A DNA stretch of 64,000 nucleotides, taken from assembly GCA_946965045.2 (NCBI GenBank), contig OX337240.1, forward strand, positions 2,666,001 to 2,730,000, read 5' to 3'. The notes under the pieces are model-generated. The model had not been told where the DNA came from. It saw nothing but the letters and a program-made list of their open reading frames with translations, and did no database searches. How positions within the stretch are numbered: position 1 is the stretch's first letter; each line of letters starts with the position of its first letter. The translations under genes and the position numbers were made by a program. The stretch comes from Epithemia pelagica. Its lineage: Eukaryota; Protista; Bacillariophyta. Shown here piece by piece: positions 20,312 to 30,276 of this stretch.

Positions 20312-23152
20312 CTGATTGTTGGATCGTCGAACACCCTCCTACCGACCTTTGTTCCGCCGCCCAAGATCACCCCCAATACAATCAATGATCCCCTGGCCCC
20401 ACTCCTCCCTTTCGGCGATCCTACCCTCTCTTCATCTTCTGACCCTCCAAACCCTTCCCACGATTTCCTCAAGACCATCCCAAAAGTTCCAGTGCCCTCT
20501 CCTTTAACTTCCATCGATCCATCCCTTCCGATTGACCCAGGATTGTTACTACCCCCAAAGATCCTCGACCCTCCCCAACAGACACCAGCGTCCATTGACC
20601 CCTTCTCCTCATCACAACCTCTCCCTATGCCTTTGTCCAAGTCGATTTCCTTTGCTCCAACTTCCGAACTTTTCCCTTTTGACCCAATCGTAGCCCCTTC
20701 CTGTCGCTTGGATGGCCAAGACGACACACCCCCCCTCAAGATTGACACTGAGACCCCACCGCCCCTTACTGATGACCATTCCCTTTCCGATCCTCTCCTT
20801 CCGGTCAATCAGAATCTTCTTTCCTCCGTCCGCCGAGCTGCCGACGAATCTAGCCTTCCTCCTTCAATCCTCTCCCTTCGGAAGCAACCCTCTACCATCG
20901 ATCCCTCCCTCCCAGGACATGCCACTCCAAACATTACGACCAACACGTCAGGAAAACCGTTGGAACGTAACTTGCTTCGACTTCAAAACTCGTTAGTTGA
21001 GAATCAAGCAATCATTGGTAAGTCCATTTCCTCTTCCTTTCCTCCATACCTTTCCAATTCGATCGAAGATCACTTCCCTTCACCGATTACAATCCCTCCC
21101 CTACCACCTCCATCCCATCCATTGAACATCGATACAATCCTTTCCGTCTTTCACTCGACCGTCCCAACCCCGAAAGCATCACCGTTTATTCACGAACGAT
21201 CCGTAGCAGCTGCCGCAGCCAACTCTGTGTTAATTGCAAAGTATGATCACGACCTCCAAGCCCTTTTCGACGCCCACCCCGGAACAACGATAAGTCCAGG
21301 CTCGGAATTTCGACCCCCATCGATACTCAAACCGCTTCTTTTCGGTCACCCATTTTGGCCGAAGATAGAACATGACTTAACATTTGGAGCCACGTACCAG
21401 TTCCGCGATGACCTTCCAGGTGATGATGCTCGAGTCGCCGAGAACGAAGCATTAATCGCTTACGGAAATCACAGCTCCGCCCGCAAACGACCTGCAGCGT
21501 TGATCAAAGTGTCTCAAAAAGACACGGTTCATGGTTGGGCTTTCCCCTTAACTTTTGACTGCGCTCGAAAAATTAAGGGAGGACGATTTGCCCCACTCGG
21601 GGTCGCTCAGCACAACGGAATCACCGAGCGCGGCGAGATCATCGTAAAAGACCGCCTTGCACATGATCAAACGTTTTCAACCGGATTAGCACCCTCCCTC
21701 AACCTTGCCGTTGACGACAGCGATGACATTGATCTGGTATACGGTTGGTGTCTTGAGAGATTGATTCACCAAATCGTAGCACTTCGACTTGAATTCCCTC
21801 GTACACGGATACTCGTTTGTAAGTTCGACTGGGGAGCGGCGTACCGACGTATAAACGGCGATGGACTCCTCGCTGCGAATGCCTTGACAACCGACGCGTC
21901 TGGTGAATTTGCTAATATTCTTAGCAGACTGTCATTTGGCGGCAAGACACATCCCGCAATGTTCAGCTTGTTCTCGGAAACAGCTTGCGACCTGTGCAAC
22001 GACCTCATCGAATTTAAGGAGTGGAATCCATCGATCTGCTACTCCCCCCTCCAGAAACTGATGGGCCCACCAAACCGCCTACCCGAAGATATCCCTTTCG
22101 AACAAGGGAAACCGTTGATTGTTGATATACCTGCAAGACCAGATGGCTCAGTGGACGTATATCTCGACGATATGGTCCAACTCTTCGCCGACGAAGAGGA
22201 CATTGTCTCAAGAACGAGTGCCGTGGTGCCGCTAGTACTCCACCTTTTCATCCGACCCTGTCAACCCGATAAAGAACCAATCAAACGAACGGACATACTG
22301 GCCGAGGACAAGATGATGGCCGAAGGAAGTCCCAGTGAAGTTATGAGAGTCTTGGGCTGGGAACTTGACACACGACGTCTCCTATTGATACTTCCCATTG
22401 ACAAGTACTTAAATTGGTCCAAAGCCGTGCGACATTTGGCTGACCCGAAGACGCGAAAGACAAAATTCCGTGACCTCGAGACGACGGTCGGTAAATTGAT
22501 ACATTCCAGCAAGGGTATCCCCCTGGCGCGATTCTTCCTCCAGCGTACGCGGACGTACATGGAAAACTTGATCAAGCAATTCGACGACAAACAAAGATCA
22601 GCGGCCGACGAAAGTGACGACGACGACGACCAATCCTCCATCTCAAGCTCCGGCACAGTTGGCTCCGACGGCGACCAAACAGTCCCACAACGAAGCAGCG
22701 ACGCACGCTTCCGACCCAAACCTTGGTTCCGCTACGCCGTCCCCGAATATGTCAAAGAAGACATGACAGTCTGGATAGATCTACTCGAACGAGCGCACCA
22801 AGGCGTCAACTTGAACCTCCTTACTTGCCGCAGACCCACAAATATTCTGCTGGCAGACGCATGCCCCTTGGGAATGGGCGGGTACTCGATAAAATCCGGC
22901 ATAGCCTGGCAAGTACCGCTGGACCCGAGTGTTTACGAGATGGCAGGACACGCGGACGACCTCGACATAGACCCAACACTTTCATCGACGACCGATCTCA
23001 AACTGTCCAACAATCTTTTTGAGTATATTGCGCAAGTCGTAACCATATGGCTCGAGCAACATCATGGTGACATAGAAGACTTGGGTGTTGGGAGCCATCT
23101 CGGTTCCCTCTGGGCCTTTACGGCAAACTTGCGACTACTCCTCCCAAACTAG
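20312..23152 (+). CDS. pol: YR-element Pol (Pro-rich linker, RT, truncated RNase H)
   Basis: KDRLAHD, DWGAAYRRI, RLSFGG, VYLDD, LGWELDT; RNase H start LADACPLGMGG...NNLFEY, then switches into repeat C at 23084. Frame is open from 20312. Confidence 0.85.
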   Translation: MIVGSSNTLLPTFVPPPKITPNTINDPLAPLLPFGDPTLSSSSDPPNPSHDFLKTIPKVPVPSPLTSIDPSLPIDPGLLLPPKILDPPQQTPASIDPFSSSQPLPMPLSKSISFAPTSELFPFDPIVAPSCRLDGQDDTPPLKIDTETPPPLTDDHSLSDPLLPVNQNLLSSVRRAADESSLPPSILSLRKQPSTIDPSLPGHATPNITTNTSGKPLERNLLRLQNSLVENQAIIGKSISSSFPPYLSNSIEDHFPSPITIPPLPPPSHPLNIDTILSVFHSTVPTPKASPFIHERSVAAAAANSVLIAKYDHDLQALFDAHPGTTISPGSEFRPPSILKPLLFGHPFWPKIEHDLTFGATYQFRDDLPGDDARVAENEALIAYGNHSSARKRPAALIKVSQKDTVHGWAFPLTFDCARKIKGGRFAPLGVAQHNGITERGEIIVKDRLAHDQTFSTGLAPSLNLAVDDSDDIDLVYGWCLERLIHQIVALRLEFPRTRILVCKFDWGAAYRRINGDGLLAANALTTDASGEFANILSRLSFGGKTHPAMFSLFSETACDLCNDLIEFKEWNPSICYSPLQKLMGPPNRLPEDIPFEQGKPLIVDIPARPDGSVDVYLDDMVQLFADEEDIVSRTSAVVPLVLHLFIRPCQPDKEPIKRTDILAEDKMMAEGSPSEVMRVLGWELDTRRLLLILPIDKYLNWSKAVRHLADPKTRKTKFRDLETTVGKLIHSSKGIPLARFFLQRTRTYMENLIKQFDDKQRSAADESDDDDDQSSISSSGTVGSDGDQTVPQRSSDARFRPKPWFRYAVPEYVKEDMTVWIDLLERAHQGVNLNLLTCRRPTNILLADACPLGMGGYSIKSGIAWQVPLDPSVYEMAGHADDLDIDPTLSSTTDLKLSNNLFEYIAQVVTIWLEQHHGDIEDLGVGSHLGSLWAFTANLRLLLPN

Positions 23153-23462
23153 TAGTCTAGCAAAGATGCCTAACCGTCTAAGCTACAGACTTGGTCGCCC
23201 TAAGAACAAAGCGCCGTCAGGATGGGTTCGTTGGGTACCACCCATCGTTACCAGTCCTAAACGAGCGCGTCGTGTCGATGGCGCCAGCACAACATGGATC
23301 GGGCGCGCACCTTCCCCCAAAGAATGCGGCGCGGTCGACTCCTACCCAAGATAGATGAGAGAGAGACAGAGGAGCTCACAATCTTTGGTTTGTGCAGAGT
23401 CTCAAGCCATCACACGTTGTGACCAGAAGACTGGATCGTAGCGTAGACACCTAAACAAAAAT
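23084..23462 (+). repeat. Internal C+B block, copy 1 (379 bp)
   Basis: Matches 24611-24989 (one G/C difference seen in B); C = 23084-23247, B = 23248-23462. Confidence 0.95.
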
Positions 23463-23464
23463 AG

Positions 23465-24553
23465 AAGGGATGGAAGAACCTGGACCCACCAGAGCAACGG
23501 GAAAAGGCAGTCACCCCAAGACACTTGGTCCATTTATGGAAACAAGCATGTACACCGAAACCCAACACCGCCGACTCCACCTTGACGGCGCCACAAGCGA
23601 CATCAAACACCGAGAACAAGGAACAGGTATTCACCGACAAGACAACCAAACAGCCCCAATACGAAACATCATCATTCAGAGCCTGTAACGCCGACCTCCT
23701 CTGCGGAGGATACTTCTACGCAACACGGAGTTGCGAGATCTCCACAGTCAAACAACGAGGAAAGACGAAGATGCTGACGATGGCAAACGTGGTGTTCGGC
23801 CGATGCGATGCAACCCGCTCCCGCATCGACCCTCGCGACCCCAACTTTTACGACGAAGCATATTATGTCTCCATAACGTTCATCGCGCAAAAACACGACA
23901 TCCCTCATGAGACGCGGACGCAAAGCAAGACAGAGGATCCCATCCTTTGCCCCGTCCGAATTTGGGGACGAATCCTGCGACGCATCTTCCACCACCAGCC
24001 AAACGCGCCTCCAGACACGCCGGTGAATTGTTGGTTTCCTCCCCCAACAGCCAAAAACCCAAACCCACCACCGAGATTCATCCGCGCCGAAGACAGTCTC
24101 AAGCTCCTCCGCGAGACGTGCACTGACCCATCCACACAAGAACCGTTGTTCGGATACCAACCAAGCGAAATCGGCACACATTCCATCCGATCCGGGGCGG
24201 CAATGGCCCTCTTCCTTTCGCCCGGCATCTCCGTATTGCGCATCATGATACTCGGCCGATGGCAATCAGCCGCGTTTATGCGGTACATTCGACCACAAGT
24301 AATGGAGTGGACGGCGGGCATGTCCATCGCCATGCTCAATACGCCAGACTTCAGACACGCCGACCCAACAGGCGTTCCCAATACCACCAACAAGACCAGT
24401 GAAACATCGAAAGATACGAAAAATTTAAAACTCTCCGACATCGAAGCGATCCAACAGAACCTTGAATTCGCCATCGACTCGCCCGAGGAACTAACATTCA
24501 ATGGCTCCGTGACCACTGCTTCCTTCGACCTTCAACTTAACTTGGAATTCTAA
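23465..24553 (+). pseudogene. Tyrosine recombinase, 5'-truncated (catalytic domain retained)
   Basis: Frame opens right after the CB block as KGWKNLDPPEQREKAVTP; catalytic FYATRSCE (R), QKHD (K), HSIRSG (HxxR), GRWQS...RY (W,Y). No N-terminal binding domain and no upstream ATG. Confidence 0.85.
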
Positions 24554-24610
24554 ACGATGGACCGAAGATACCTTGAGGTTCCGAGCGGAAGGCAATGTCA
24601 AAGATTCAAT

Positions 24611-24989
24611 GGTGTTGGGAGCCATCTCGGTTCCCTCTGGGCCTTTACGGCAAACTTGCGACTACTCCTCCCAAACTAGTAGTCTAGCAAAGATGCCTAA
24701 CCGTCTAAGCTACAGACTTGGTCGCCCTAAGAACAAAGCGCCGTCAGGATGGGTTCGTTGGGTACCACCCATCGTTACCAGTCCTAAACGAGCGCGTCGT
24801 GTCGATGGCGCCAGCACAACATGGATCGGGCGCGCACCTTCCCCCAAAGAATGCGGCGCGGTCCACTCCTACCCAAGATAGATGAGAGAGAGACAGAGGA
24901 GCTCACAATCTTTGGTTTGTGCAGAGTCTCAAGCCATCACACGTTGTGACCAGAAGACTGGATCGTAGCGTAGACACCTAAACAAAAAT
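24611..24989 (+). repeat. C+B block, copy 2
   Basis: Direct repeat of 23084-23462; followed by a 24-bp unique spacer (24990-25013). Confidence 0.95.
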
Positions 24990-25013
24990 AACCCCATACC
25001 CGCCCTTGGGAGC

Positions 25014-25639
25014 TAGGCAATGTAGAGGCCCAATCATTAGTTTCTGGAGAGGAGAGCGAATGTCTCTCCATGTTCTCCTATCGGACTTGTCGTCTCCTCA
25101 TGGTGGAAATGATCCATCCAATACCCTGCCTTGTCATGAGTCATGAGATCAGACGAAGAGACGAATGCATGTAAATGCAAATGGTCGAACTAGAGAAGCA
25201 ACGGCGTGGGTCACAGCGGCATTGTGCCCATGGCGTTTGGACAAGTTCCTCCAAGTTCCAACCGAAGCAAGGACTTGCTTCCGAATTCCGATTCAACTAC
25301 CTAGGTATCGTTATCATGGGGCTCATTTGAAGAGATACCACTTAGAATGTGTATTAGTTCTCCTTTGTGTACTATGATAGAGAATCGGGATTGGTCACCC
25401 AGTCAATTTATCGAATACATATTGGTCTTGCATAATTTTTCCTCCTGCATCTGCTCCGGATCATCCGTGGCCGCCTTTTGAGGTTGGGAATTGGGAATGT
25501 GTGGCATGCCGAGAAACGATCGGCCACCGAGACCGAAAAATTAGGCACGGGCGTTTTCAAAGTGTCGACCGGCGTTTTTGCTTCTAGCTAAAGTTGGCAC
25601 TCATTCCTGGATCGGACGTTGGAGCCATTCCGTCCATAT
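25014..25639 (+). repeat. Direct repeat A, copy 2
   Basis: Direct repeat of 16476-17101. Confidence 0.95.
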
Positions 25640-26222
25640 AGAGAATGCCGACTCGCGTGTGGCGGCTCACCGTTTCGGTTGGCCGACGGAAGGAAGGAGT
25701 CCAACCACCAGAAATTCAAACGCAGCAATCACATAACGTCGTGCTCTTGTAGGACTGCCCCTGTTGTGTGTGTAAACAAAAGATTGAGTTGTTTTGAAAA
25801 ACCAACACAAGAACACATTCCTTGGTCTCTATCGTGACAACTGGACTGCAACAAAGCTTTCTGGGGCTGGTGCTGGATACCCAAGTTGTCAAAGAACGAC
25901 TTGAAAATTGCAGCGTGACATTATTTCATCAGTCTCTGGAAACAAACCAGTGCACTTTCCCAGGACCACACTGGTTGTCAAGGAAGATCGATTCCGTTGC
26001 GTCTATCTTGTGTGATTTCACCAATCTTTCGTTGGCACATTGCAAGATTGATTCCGAGACCGTTGCTTCCAAGATTTGTCAAGGTTAAAAGACTTTTTTT
26101 TGGATACTCCGACGTGCAACACGCTATATAGTTCCTAGGATTGAACAAAAGTGTGACACTGCTTCCTTCCAAACCTGTCACAGACGCTGGGAAGAAAAAC
26201 TCACGACTTGAACTCTGTAAGA

Positions 26223-28877
26223 ATGGACTCACCAGCTGCCAAAACGAGCGGTGATAACAATTCCAACAACACCAGTCCTTCGCCGGCTCATTCTCCTTCG
26301 CAGACCATCAGTATGCCTTCGAACAACAACAATGGCACTGGCGCACCTCCAAGCCCCATGACCAATGCCTTGTTGGTGTCCTCGCCGTACAAGTTGGTGC
26401 CTCCACCGCGCGAATCGGACTGGAATCCATGGCGGATGGATTCTCAAAAGACGCAATTGAATCAAGCCCTCTTGCAAGCCCTTCAAGACTCGGACTTGCA
26501 CGATGTCTTTTTGGTGGCGAAGGATGGCGATCAAATTCCCGCCTCTCGCTTTGTCTTGGCCTCTCGGTCACCCGTCTTGAAGCGCATGCTCTATGGAAGT
26601 TTCCGAGAAGCCAAATCGTCCACGATTTGTATGATGGGCTATGAAAGTGCCATTTTGCGCGGTGTGGTTCATTATTGTCAAACAAGTCAAATGCCCGTCC
26701 TGGAAGGTCCGGAAGAACAGGGCGGTGTCAAGAACACGCAAGCCACTGGAGATTTGGAGTCTTTGGTCCGTCAACAAGTGCGATTGTATCAGGCGGCCGA
26801 CTTTTTGGAACTGGATGAGTTGGGAAACTTGGTGCATTTTGAGATTCGTCGTTTGACTGGATTGTATCCTGGATTGGCCTGTGTGGTCTTTGATGAAGTG
26901 GAAGATGTGGGCAGCCGCATTGGTGAATACGCTCGATTGATGATGGAAGTTCGTCCCTATGTGTCCTTGGGTGCTGGAACACGCCTCATTGCCAACCCGG
27001 TTACCACTTCCTCGGATGCAGCGACCGGCGCTTCGCCCAAAAAGATTGACTCGGACGACGACTCCAACGAATCTATGGGAGGTGTCGAATGTATGCGTGC
27101 CGAACGCTTGCAAATTTTGTTACAGAGTGAGAATCTCATGTGCGGAGAACTCTTTTTATTTCAAATGCTAAGGCAATGGTACGATCATAAAATCACCTAT
27201 CTCGGAAACAACGTAAACGAGTCGACGGAATACGAAAAAGAAGCCTCCTCCTTATTGGAAGCCACTCAAAACTGCGCCAAGTGCCTCAATATGGAGAACA
27301 TTGAACCCTCGGCCTTGCTTCAAATTGTCCAGCCCTGTCCCTTTATTCATCCCACCTTTATGTACGAAGCCTTTGCCAAACAAGCGCTCCGTGCCTCGCA
27401 ACAACGTGTCTGGTCCTTGCATAGCCGTCCCGCCAAGTACCAAACCGTCGAACGCGTCTTGGTGGAAGATTGCGGATCGCGACAAGTTCGCGGTATGTAT
27501 GTGCGCATGGTCTCGGGTCTCAAAAAGACACATGGAGCCCTTTACACGAAACGCGAAATTGTCGCTGGACAACCCATGGTGTACACCCTCTCCTGCTCGT
27601 TGGTTCATCAACCAGCGGCTCAATCCAAGTATAGCCAAAACCAAGACGGGAGCGGAGCCGAAGACGTTCCACCTGGACAAGAAGTGGTGGAATGCCGCAT
27701 CTTTTGTTCTCCTCTCTTGACCCCTCACGCCATTCCCACCTTGTTTCAGTACTATTCCAACTCGGCCTACGTCGATCCGCTCTTTCAGCCCATTTTGCAA
27801 ATTGTTGCCGTCAAACACTCCAGCAGCAACAAGCGTACCCGAACCGTGGTGGTTTCCGATGGCCATTATTGCATGCAAGCATCCTTGGCGAATAATTTGG
27901 CCATTCACAATTCCAAGGATATTCAAATCTATGGTGTCGTCCAAGTATTGGCCTTTCGGTTGAATCAGTCCAGTGGCAGCAGCAACAGTAGCACAAGCTC
28001 CAACATACCGAGTCGCAGCAGCTCGAGTCCCAAGTTGCACATTCAACGCGTGTCCATTGTCAACTCCAATGCCGGACAAGTGTTTGGACGACCCACCTTT
28101 TTCCGCGGTCCGCCCAAACAAGAATTGTCACCCCAAAAGGATATTCATTCCATTGCTGAAGAAACGGACGATGGCGACTCGCATCACCCTTTGGATACAG
28201 ACGATGTGGACGATCATCCTCCGCCGCATCACCATTATCATCACGATGGCGACGATGCCTCCACTACCTACGCCGGTCATCATCACGCCGTTGTCAAGGA
28301 TTTGAAGCATATTACTATTGTGTACTCCTGCAGTTATCCCCTCAAGAAACAAAACCCCAATGGGTCACCCGAAATGCGCATTCCCCGATTGGGATGGCAA
28401 GTGGAAGAAGCTGGCCAACATCCGCCTCCGACCTGTACGTGGTTTCCGGCCATGCCAGCATCGGCCTCCAGCAGTCCGGCTGTGGGTGCCATGCGAGGTC
28501 TAGCCATCTCCTTGAAAGCCTTTGCCGCCAGCAACCCCCATGCCGGAACCGGTGGAGGAGAAGCCCAATCGACTTCTTCGACGCCGTCCCGAAGTGTTGT
28601 GTCGAGGTCGAACAGCAGCACGACGACGGGACACTCGTTGTTGAGCTTGTCCACCACAACGACGGTTCCCAAGAATTTGGGATCCATCCTCAAGTATGAA
28701 GATGACGAAGACCACGAGTTTTTGCCCCATGACGACGATGTCTTGGACGATGTCGAACGGCGTAAACTGCCCCATCCCGTAGTCTCCAACAACAATGACG
28801 ACGATTCCGACGAAGAATTGTCCTCGACCCTCCAGAACCTTCGATTGCCCCAACAACAAGCGCGAGAAGACGAGTAA
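26223..28877 (+). CDS. BTB/POZ (BACK-like) protein with RPA70 N-terminal-like OB fold
   Basis: BTB: DVFLVAKDGDQIPASRFVLASRSPVLKRMLYGSFREA. OB fold: PILQIVAVK...VVSDGHYCMQASLA...QVFGRP. Ser/His/Asp-rich tail. First ATG at 26223. Confidence 0.85.
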   Translation: MDSPAAKTSGDNNSNNTSPSPAHSPSQTISMPSNNNNGTGAPPSPMTNALLVSSPYKLVPPPRESDWNPWRMDSQKTQLNQALLQALQDSDLHDVFLVAKDGDQIPASRFVLASRSPVLKRMLYGSFREAKSSTICMMGYESAILRGVVHYCQTSQMPVLEGPEEQGGVKNTQATGDLESLVRQQVRLYQAADFLELDELGNLVHFEIRRLTGLYPGLACVVFDEVEDVGSRIGEYARLMMEVRPYVSLGAGTRLIANPVTTSSDAATGASPKKIDSDDDSNESMGGVECMRAERLQILLQSENLMCGELFLFQMLRQWYDHKITYLGNNVNESTEYEKEASSLLEATQNCAKCLNMENIEPSALLQIVQPCPFIHPTFMYEAFAKQALRASQQRVWSLHSRPAKYQTVERVLVEDCGSRQVRGMYVRMVSGLKKTHGALYTKREIVAGQPMVYTLSCSLVHQPAAQSKYSQNQDGSGAEDVPPGQEVVECRIFCSPLLTPHAIPTLFQYYSNSAYVDPLFQPILQIVAVKHSSSNKRTRTVVVSDGHYCMQASLANNLAIHNSKDIQIYGVVQVLAFRLNQSSGSSNSSTSSNIPSRSSSSPKLHIQRVSIVNSNAGQVFGRPTFFRGPPKQELSPQKDIHSIAEETDDGDSHHPLDTDDVDDHPPPHHHYHHDGDDASTTYAGHHHAVVKDLKHITIVYSCSYPLKKQNPNGSPEMRIPRLGWQVEEAGQHPPPTCTWFPAMPASASSSPAVGAMRGLAISLKAFAASNPHAGTGGGEAQSTSSTPSRSVVSRSNSSTTTGHSLLSLSTTTTVPKNLGSILKYEDDEDHEFLPHDDDVLDDVERRKLPHPVVSNNNDDDSDEELSSTLQNLRLPQQQAREDE

Positions 28878-29565
28878 AACGACGTCCTAAGTCTTGAGTT
28901 ATGCACAAGGGACTCCCCAGAGATGGTAGCCAGAGTTGCTCCATCCAGCGCTGCTGATTTGTGAGGGCTAATATATTTCACTTGCGCATTTTCATTGTCC
29001 AATTTGTAACCGTCCTAGTATAACTGAATTCCTTTTCGACATGATTGAGTGTTGTGGTTGTATAGGACAATCTTCTTATGATCTAGAGGATGGGAATTTT
29101 CTCTTGTTTCTTGAACGCTTCACATCAAAATTTCAAATTTTCGGAATGTCGTGTCCTCGACTCCCGATCGATTGGATTGGTTGAGTCCATTATCCGAATC
29201 AATGTGAAATACAGTCCTCGCGTTAGGTTTTTGGGCTTAAGATCAAAAGGATACCTTCTGCGCATGTCACGAAAACTTACATATGCCCAACTGAGTCGGA
29301 TCAAGACCAAAACATTTTCTGTGGAGTTCTCCTTGGGCGGGAGCGGGAAAATTCAGACCAGCGAGTTTCATTCGCTCACATTTTTCAAAGGGTCTATTGT
29401 CTCACTGAAAAAACAAGGAGGACACAGACGGCGTTTACCAACCATGAAGTCAATTGTCAACCTTGTAATAATAGCTGCTTTCGCTCTCTTGTTTCCGGTC
29501 AAAGGCTAACACTTTTCCTCTCTCCCACCTCTTACGTGCTCACTTTTTGCTGATACCTCGGTGTC

Positions 29566-30276
29566 TTGTATTTCATTCGACGCTTCCTGGAATGTGATTT
29601 CTTTGATGTGTTCAATGAAGACCGCACCCGTGTGACGACAGCCCGCGGTGAATGTGCTGCAGAAATTGTTCTGCTGGATTTCATCTGGAACATAATTATC
29701 TCTGACAACTTTGGAAGAGCTGGGTTCCTCGATGGGCCTCCTCGTCGTTGTTGCGATTCCGACGTGAGCATCAAAGTTTGTCCTAGATTGAACAAGCTGA
29801 AAACCCGGCGCGCTCCATTGAGTCATTTGCGGTGGACCCTGTCAAAAGATGAGGTTCCTGTGGAGTTACAACAGCAGGGTGTCACACCACAGGACTGGTC
29901 TGAGACATGGAGTGCCATGAATCAACTATTTGAGAAAGCGTGCGAGGAAGCACAATCACAACGGTTAGCGATTGACCGGACATCCACTATTCTGGCAAAG
30001 GTTCTATTGAAGCAGAAAACGACCTGGGAAGACCTTGTCAAGGCCCAAAGTGAAAAATACTATCGATCCAAGATTTCTGTTCTGGTTCTAGTTGGTTATC
30101 AAACCCTAATAGAAATTCCCAAAGACACAAGCAAATGCAGAGCGCTTTGCCGTCGTTGTTTTGGTGGTCCTGTGAAAGACAGGGCAGTGTCAGTACCTTG
30201 CGGTTTGGAATTTCGCCCGGTCAAGTGGAAAGAGTATATCGCAAAATGTTTCGGTGACCCTGCTGCTACTGAGTAA
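29566..30276 (+). CDS. Hypothetical protein (likely needs an upstream exon); weak Erf4/GOLGA7-like segment
   Basis: 236-codon open frame with a TTG start; VPVELQQQGVTPQDWSETWSAMNQLF loosely resembles Erf4-family helix. A signal-peptide-like exon MKSIVNLVIIAAFALLF starts at about 29443. Confidence 0.45.
   Translation: MYFIRRFLECDFFDVFNEDRTRVTTARGECAAEIVLLDFIWNIIISDNFGRAGFLDGPPRRCCDSDVSIKVCPRLNKLKTRRAPLSHLRWTLSKDEVPVELQQQGVTPQDWSETWSAMNQLFEKACEEAQSQRLAIDRTSTILAKVLLKQKTTWEDLVKAQSEKYYRSKISVLVLVGYQTLIEIPKDTSKCRALCRRCFGGPVKDRAVSVPCGLEFRPVKWKEYIAKCFGDPAATE

Larger units (their letters stand above)
16476..25641 (+). mobile_element. Tyrosine-recombinase retrotransposon (Ngaro/DIRS-like), internally rearranged
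   Basis: Gag with CCCH finger, RT (YLDD), partial RNase H, YR catalytic domain, multiple direct repeats. Outer boundary depends on whether repeat A belongs to the element. Confidence 0.9.

Noticed and set aside
16476-25639. Repeated blocks as a CRISPR array or simple tandem segmental duplication
   Set aside because: No short repeat-spacer periodicity; blocks are 164-626 bp and bracket retroelement ORFs in a eukaryotic context.
27252-28121. 289-aa and other long antisense ORFs over the BTB, DUF1647, copia and YR genes
   Set aside because: Shadow ORFs on the opposite strand of well-supported coding regions.
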